Assembly: GCF_006345805.1 (NCBI RefSeq)
Contig: NW_021825680.1
Span: forward strand, 1-14,782
DNA: 14,782 nt
Reading direction: 5' to 3'
DNA from: Octopus sinensis
Taxonomy: Eukaryota
Position 1 is the first letter of the stretch. Every line of letters begins with the position of its first letter. The position numbers and the translations under genes were made by a program. Positions 9,596 to 14,782 of the stretch are shown in pieces. Under the pieces are notes generated by a model. The model worked only from the letters and a program-made list of their open reading frames with translations. It was not told where the DNA came from and ran no database searches.

Positions 9596-10319
9596 AGATT
9601 ACATATTTAATTGTTTCTAATTTAGGCTTACGACGCCTGGCTTTGTTATATTTTAGACACATTTCTATTAGATAGATTTTTGTTGTTACCGTTTAGGCCC
9701 ATATCAAATTTATTCGATGAAGCATTAAGAGAAATGCTACATCTCACCTGTTGTTAAAATCTATCTGAAAGCGTAAATGGCCGAGGTAATGGCTAACATT
9801 GTTATCAAGTGAAGCATTGAGTTCAAAACAGAGAAATACAACTGGCGAAGCAGCTTGTGCAACTAAACGAAAGGAGCATCTTCAGATGTTGGGAAGAGAC
9901 CATTTTTTGTAGTCCTCATACAGAATTTGAGCCTCAAATTTTTTTCGATACATTCCAGTTGCAGCTTAGTTAACCACCCCGCCATGTTAATCCTTTCTTG
10001 CCTCCTCACCTTCACTTCCCACCCAAGAACACCAACCCGTAACTTCTACACCCAGGGGATAACTGCTTACTATCCGCTCCCTTTATAGTATAAACTGAAG
10101 TGTTTATCAAAGAAAAAAAATTGCTATTGACGTTGCTCCGACAGTAATAAAAAGGGGTTTATAGATTAGAGTATTACTTTATTGTTCATTGGTCTGTTGT
10201 TTTATCACGGTGAAAACTATTCTTTCATGGTAAATGCTTTAGAGAGAAAAAGAGAACGTCATTGTAATATGACGCTGAGTCATTGAATATTTCTTTATCA
10301 GCAGATAGATCTAACAGTT

Positions 10320-10346
10320 AGAGAGAGAGAGAGAGAGAGAAAGAGG

Positions 10347-10389
<43 letters not shown>
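10320..10389. repeat. (GA)n microsatellite
   Basis: Read directly from the sequence. Confidence 0.97.
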
Positions 10390-10392
<3 letters not shown>

Positions 10393-10570
10393 TTTAGGCA
10401 ATATTATTTATGACGGTTTTGGGGTGGTTTGAAAGGCAATCGATATAGTTGACATTTTGGCAAGACTTATGATGAGGGTTAATATAAAGGATTATTATTA
10501 TGTCTAGAAATTTATTGCTGCCATATTACGGTATTCAGCGATTTGTAGTTTCTGTTCATTGATGAATATG

Positions 10571-11103
10571 TATTCTTTTATTCTCTTTACGTGTTTCAGT
10601 CGTTAGACTGTGGCCATGCTGGGGCACCACCTTGAAGAATTTTTAGTCGAACTAATCGACCCCGGTACTTATTTTTTATAAAGCCTGTTACTTATTGTAT
10701 CGGGCTCTTTTGCTGAAGCGCTAAGTTACAGGGATGTAAACACTCCAACACTGGTCATCAAGTAGTGGTGGAGGAACAAACACAAAGACACACACACACA
10801 GATGACGGGCCCCAGATGACGGTGAAGTGACAGAAACGTTAGCACGTCGGGCGAAATGCTTAGCAGTATTTCGTCTGTCTTTACGTTCTGAGTTCAAATT
10901 CCGCCGAGGTCGACTTTGCCTTTCAACCTTTCGGGGTCGATAAATTAAGCACCAGTTACGTACTAGGGGTCAATGTACTCGACTTAATCCCTTTGTCTGT
11001 CCTTGTTTGTCCCCTCTGTGTTTAGCCCCTTGTGGGTAGTAAAGAAATAAGAATTGAACCCAGGACCATATGGTTGGGAAGGAAGCTTCCTACCACACAA
11101 CTC
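10571..11103 (-). mobile_element. Diverged SINE family A split by a nested SINE B: 3' module 10571-10810, head 11054-11103
   Basis: The 3' module (GTGTTTCAGTC..GGCCATGCTGGGGCACCACC..ATCGACCCC) and head (TGAACCCAGGACCATATGGTTGGGAAGGAAGCTT..ACCACACA) both align to 11122-11535. About 100 bp of the middle is absent. Confidence 0.85.
10818..11053 (+). mobile_element. Full-length SINE family B, tail type 1
   Basis: GACGGTGAAGTGACAGAAACGTTAGCACG..GAGTTCAAATTCCGCCGAGG..CCCCTTGTGGGTAGTAAAGAAATAAG is the reverse complement of the 3689-3953 copy. Confidence 0.92.
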
Positions 11104-11121
11104 AGTCTGTTGTGGGTTTAG

Positions 11122-11535
11122 TTTACTCTTTACTCTTTTACTCTTTTGCTTGTTTCAGTCATTTGACTGTGGCCATGCTGGAGCACCGCCTTTAGTCAAG
11201 CAAATCGACCCCAGGACTTAATCTTTTTAAGCCTTGTACTTATTCTATCGGTCTCTTTTGCCGAACCGCTAAGTTACGGGGACGAAAACACCAACATCGG
11301 TTGTCAAGCGATGTTGGGGGGACAAACACACAAACATGCACACACACAAACATACACACACACACATACATATACATACATATATACGACAGGCTTCTAC
11401 CAAATCCACTCACAAGGTTTTGGTCGGCCCGAGGCTTAGTAGAAAACACTTGCCCAAGGTGCCACGCAGTGGGACTGAACCCGGAACCATGTGGCTGGTA
11501 AGCAAGCTACTTACCACACAGCCACTCCTGCGTCT
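11122..11535 (-). mobile_element. Full-length SINE family A with a 14-bp internal deletion
   Basis: Minus strand starts ATAGACGCAGGAGTGGCTGTGTGGTAAG and is colinear with 5795-6199, except that TTCAGTTTCCGTCT is missing near 11397. Confidence 0.93.
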
Positions 11536-12113
11536 ATCTATTGATTTGTAGCTCGTAACTGTAATAAAAAATATGTTTGACTTGGGAATTTCTTTTTCAA
11601 ATGTGATAAAATGTATAACCCTAGGATATCGCTGGCTTCAGCTGAATTATGGGATCCCATTATAACGTGAAATTGATTCCTACATCTTGATCTTTTTGTT
11701 ATCCAACACGCATCATCATATTGGGGGAAAATGTCTCCTCTCTAACAACTTCTTTTCAAGTCAATCTTCGGTAAATTTATTACACACGTTTGCAAAGAAT
11801 TCAACACGTTTATAAGTAAGTTCTTGATAATATGAAGGTAAACAACCTAAATTAAAGTGTATGAGTTTAGCTTCATGTTTGTTATGCTGGGCTAAAAAAA
11901 ACAAAAAACTATTCTATTAGGGTGTGAATGTGTTTATGTGTGTGCGTGCTTGCGCAAGCGCGCGTTATTCGAGAGAAAACTCATTCATTGTGGTTTTATT
12001 TTCATTACGTTTTTTCCTTTCGGATGGCGAAACGCTCCCCATGAACGCACGTTCGTGAGATGGTTGTGATCTGTAAACAGTTTTGAGTAGGAACAGGAAA
12101 AAGAAATATGAAT

Positions 12114-12202
12114 ACGCAATGCGCATGTGCACACTGAATTATTAAAACGGAAGAGAAGAATAAAAAAACGCAATGCGCATGACAAAATAAAGCGGAAGAG
12201 AA
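12114..12202. promoter_or_regulatory. Candidate promoter or enhancer: duplicated ACGCAATGCGCATG plus CGGAAGAGAA module (NRF1-like and ETS-like)
   Basis: ACGCAATGCGCATG at 12114-12127 and 12168-12181; CGGAAGAGAA at 12148-12157 and 12193-12202. The surroundings (about 11940-12260) are non-SINE and relatively CpG-rich. Function is inferred from motif similarity only. Confidence 0.4.
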
Positions 12203-12328
12203 TAATAATAACACAATGACAAACAAGTTATATGATGGTCGGCCACGTCTGGCACCACAATCACGCAGCTTTGCTTCAATTTTCTTGTTTCTTCTATTTT
12301 TCTTTCTTCGCTATGTTTGTGTGTATGT

Positions 12329-12580
12329 GAAGACGCGTGGGTGAGTGGTCAGGGTGTTGGACTCATGATCGTTAGACTGGTTTCGATTCCTGGACCGGGC
12401 GATGCGTTGTTTTCTTGAACAAAACACTTCATTTCGCGTTTTTTTGCTAGTCCACTCAGCTGGCAAAATTGAGTAATCCTGCGACGCACAGGTGTCCCGT
12501 CCAGGTAGGGAATCCATAGGCCATGGAAACTGGGAAACCGATCCTATAGTTTCCATAACTCGGGAAGGAACTTTACTTTC
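12329..12580 (+). mobile_element. tRNA-headed SINE family C with a probable TSD
   Basis: Head GAAGACGCGTGGGTGAGTGGTCAGGGTGTTGGACTCATGATCG..GTTTCGATTCCTGGAC, body ..AGTCCACTCAGCTGGCAAAATTGAGTA.., tail AACTTTACTTT. ATGTTTGTGT flanks it at 12313-12322 and 12586-12595. Confidence 0.85.
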
Positions 12581-12639
12581 TGTACATGTTTGTGTATTCT
12601 TCGTTCTTGGTCTCGTATTTTAATGTGGTTTTGTATTGT

Positions 12640-12663
12640 ATATCTGTCACGGCGGTACACATT

Positions 12664-12696
<33 letters not shown>

Positions 12697-12746
12697 GGCC
12701 CCTGCGCAAGATGACACGCAAATTCGCGAAGCGTTCCATAATTTTT
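12640..12746 (+). ncRNA. U6: U6 spliceosomal snRNA copy, full length; variant gene or pseudogene
   Basis: CTAAAATTGGAACGATACAGAGAAGATTAGCATGGCCCCTGCGCAAG-ATGACACGCAAATTCGCGAAGCGTTCCATAATTTTT is near-identical to metazoan U6 as I recall it, with the ACAGAGA box at 12680-12686, AGC triad at 12692-12694 and terminal T5. One G of CAAGGATGAC is missing at 12710/12711, GTG reads GCG, and the 5' stem-loop is diverged. Confidence refers to U6 identity, not function. Confidence 0.95.
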
Positions 12747-12748
12747 CA

Positions 12749-13152
12749 ATAGGCACAGGAGTGGCTGTGTGGTAAGTAGCTTGCTTACTAACCACATTGT
12801 TCCGGGTTCATTCCCACTACGTGGCACCTTGGGCAAGTGTCTTCCACTATACCCTCGGGCCGACCAAAGACTTGTGAGTGGATTTGGTAGACGGAAACTG
12901 AAAGAATTCCATCGTGTATATATATATATGTATGTGTGTGTGTGTTTATGTGTTTGTTTGTACCCAACATCGCTTGACAACAGATGCTGGTGTGTTTACG
13001 TCCCTGTCACTTAGCGGTTCGGCAAAACAGACCGATAGAATAAGTACTAGGCTTGCAAACAATCAGTCCTGGGGTCGATTCGCTCGACTAAAGGCGGTGC
13101 TCCAGCATGGCCACAGTCAAATGACTGAAACAAGAAACAGAGTAAAAGAATA
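12749..13152 (+). mobile_element. Full-length SINE family A immediately downstream of U6
   Basis: ATAGGCACAGGAGTGGCTGTGTGGTAAGTAGC through ATGACTGAAACAAGAAACAGAGTAAAAGAATA is colinear with the other A copies. Confidence 0.93.
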
Positions 13153-14364
13153 CGTGTTATATATGTAATTATTAAATCACGTAAATTAAAAAGAAAAAAA
13201 CGTTTTGAACACGTGGTATGGCCTGGTGGCAATTGCTCTAAGGGCGATAATCACTTCTAGATTAATCACGGAGTGGTTAGAAGTTTGAATTTAAATCGAA
13301 GGGTAACAAAGATGCACAGAATATACACGACATGTTTCTCTACTCGTTTCAAAGATCTTAAATTTTTCTTCTCAGACGTAACCATACACAGCATCATTTC
13401 GTCCCCATTATCACTTTGGAGGGAACAAACTAAATATTGATTTCCTGGCTGGAAGTAATACTTATGGTTCTTAAACGTTAGGTATGGAGTCTGAAGGGGA
13501 AAGCCGTTGTATTATGTTGTCTATGTTCAATTAGACACTGATTTTCTGCTGTCTGTTGGTTATGTTAATGATATTTTAGTAGATTTTCTGTTGTTGTTGC
13601 TAATTGCGTTAGATAAATAACACTAATAAGTATAGTAATTTATTTGGTATAAATATTTAGCCTCGACAGATTACATACAAATATACTGTTTCTTTTATCT
13701 CGATTATGTGTTTATTCAGTTTATTGTGGAAGCTGTTGGTAGTACCTCAAAATTGTAGATTTCTAATTATTGAGAACAATTCATTTTGTTATTTTCAATA
13801 AAATGCGGTTTCGTGGATATTGTACGATTTGAATTGAAATTAAAAAAAAAAATTTTGCTGTTATCTGTCGAAACGCTGTGTCTGCTGAAAAAAGTTTACA
13901 TTAGGTTTTCATTGTTTACCCAAACAATACCTCTAACATATCTACAAAGCAACTTAATTTTGCTTTGAGATTCTTCCTGTTTCTCCTTTCAATATGACAT
14001 ACTCATGCAAGAAGTGTATATTATCAGAAAAGCAGAATGCTAAGCCGCATTCATTTACGCGCTTGAACATTTTGCAACCAGTATATTTGTATAAATCTGT
14101 CGAGGCTAAAGTGGTGTGTGTGTATACAAAAATAACAATAATTCCATCTAGAATTATTGTTATTATATTTATTCTACATTAATCAGTATAACTATGATGC
14201 AACCCCGAAAGACTGACTTACATTAGATGGTAAACGGCATAATGAAACAGGAGCTTTATTTGTAGACTCTGACGTTACCATAAACTAATCTAAAAGAGAT
14301 AAATAAGTAAAATAAATATATATATAACTTCTAGGGTGATTTCATTTACCCTAGTCCTGAAGTG

Positions 14365-14369
14365 TAATA

Positions 14370-14432
<63 letters not shown>
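14365..14432. repeat. (AT)n microsatellite
   Basis: Read directly from the sequence. Confidence 0.97.
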
Positions 14433-14437
<5 letters not shown>

Positions 14438-14782
14438 TAAAATATTATTAGAGACAAAACCACTATTTTGCAAAACAACACCAGAAAGACTTAATCAATA
14501 CAAAAATTTAATAAATAGTCAAAAAAAACCGCCACTACAATTGTTTCTTGTCAACTCAACCGGACTTAGTAAGTACATTGGAGTCTTAAATCACTAATAT
14601 TAATTATAGTTTATTTTGGGAAATAATTTGTGAAACTAAATCTATACTATAGGAGCTAATTGTTGTTATTTATGCTCTAATGAGTTTAAAGAAATTTTAT
14701 TTTATAAGTATGATAATTTACTTAATACTGGTGAAGAGCGCAAAATAAAATGCAGACATAAGTTACTTTACCTATATAATAA

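Noticed and set aside
12329-12400. tRNA gene with a CAT anticodon-like loop (CTCATGA); also 1640-1710
   Set aside because: Stems do not pair into a proper cloverleaf and the sequence continues into a SINE body.
13153-14782. Short ORFs in the AT-rich end of the window
   Set aside because: 60-63 aa, low complexity, no recognisable domain. Best read as intronic or intergenic DNA.

Overview
AT-rich, repeat-dominated eukaryotic DNA with no intact protein-coding gene. The SINE families look like those I recall from Octopus, so a cephalopod origin is inferred, not shown. Contents: (i) many copies of three tRNA-headed SINE groups, called A, B and C here, that share modules; (ii) two non-LTR LINE relics, a decayed reverse transcriptase at about 1785-2995 and a CR1-group 3' end at 8415-8841; (iii) a minus-strand Gypsy-type LTR remnant (integrase fragment, polypurine tract, two related LTRs) whose 3' LTR holds a two-SINE insertion bounded by one 12-bp target-site duplication (TSD); (iv) a degenerate GGAATAA array; (v) long microsatellites; (vi) a full-length U6 snRNA copy at 12640-12746 between a SINE about 45 bp upstream and a SINE starting 2 nt after its T-run, with a duplicated NRF1-like/ETS-like motif pair further upstream. 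The U6 locus and the SINE dimer are the best leads. Family names come from recalled motifs, not database searches.
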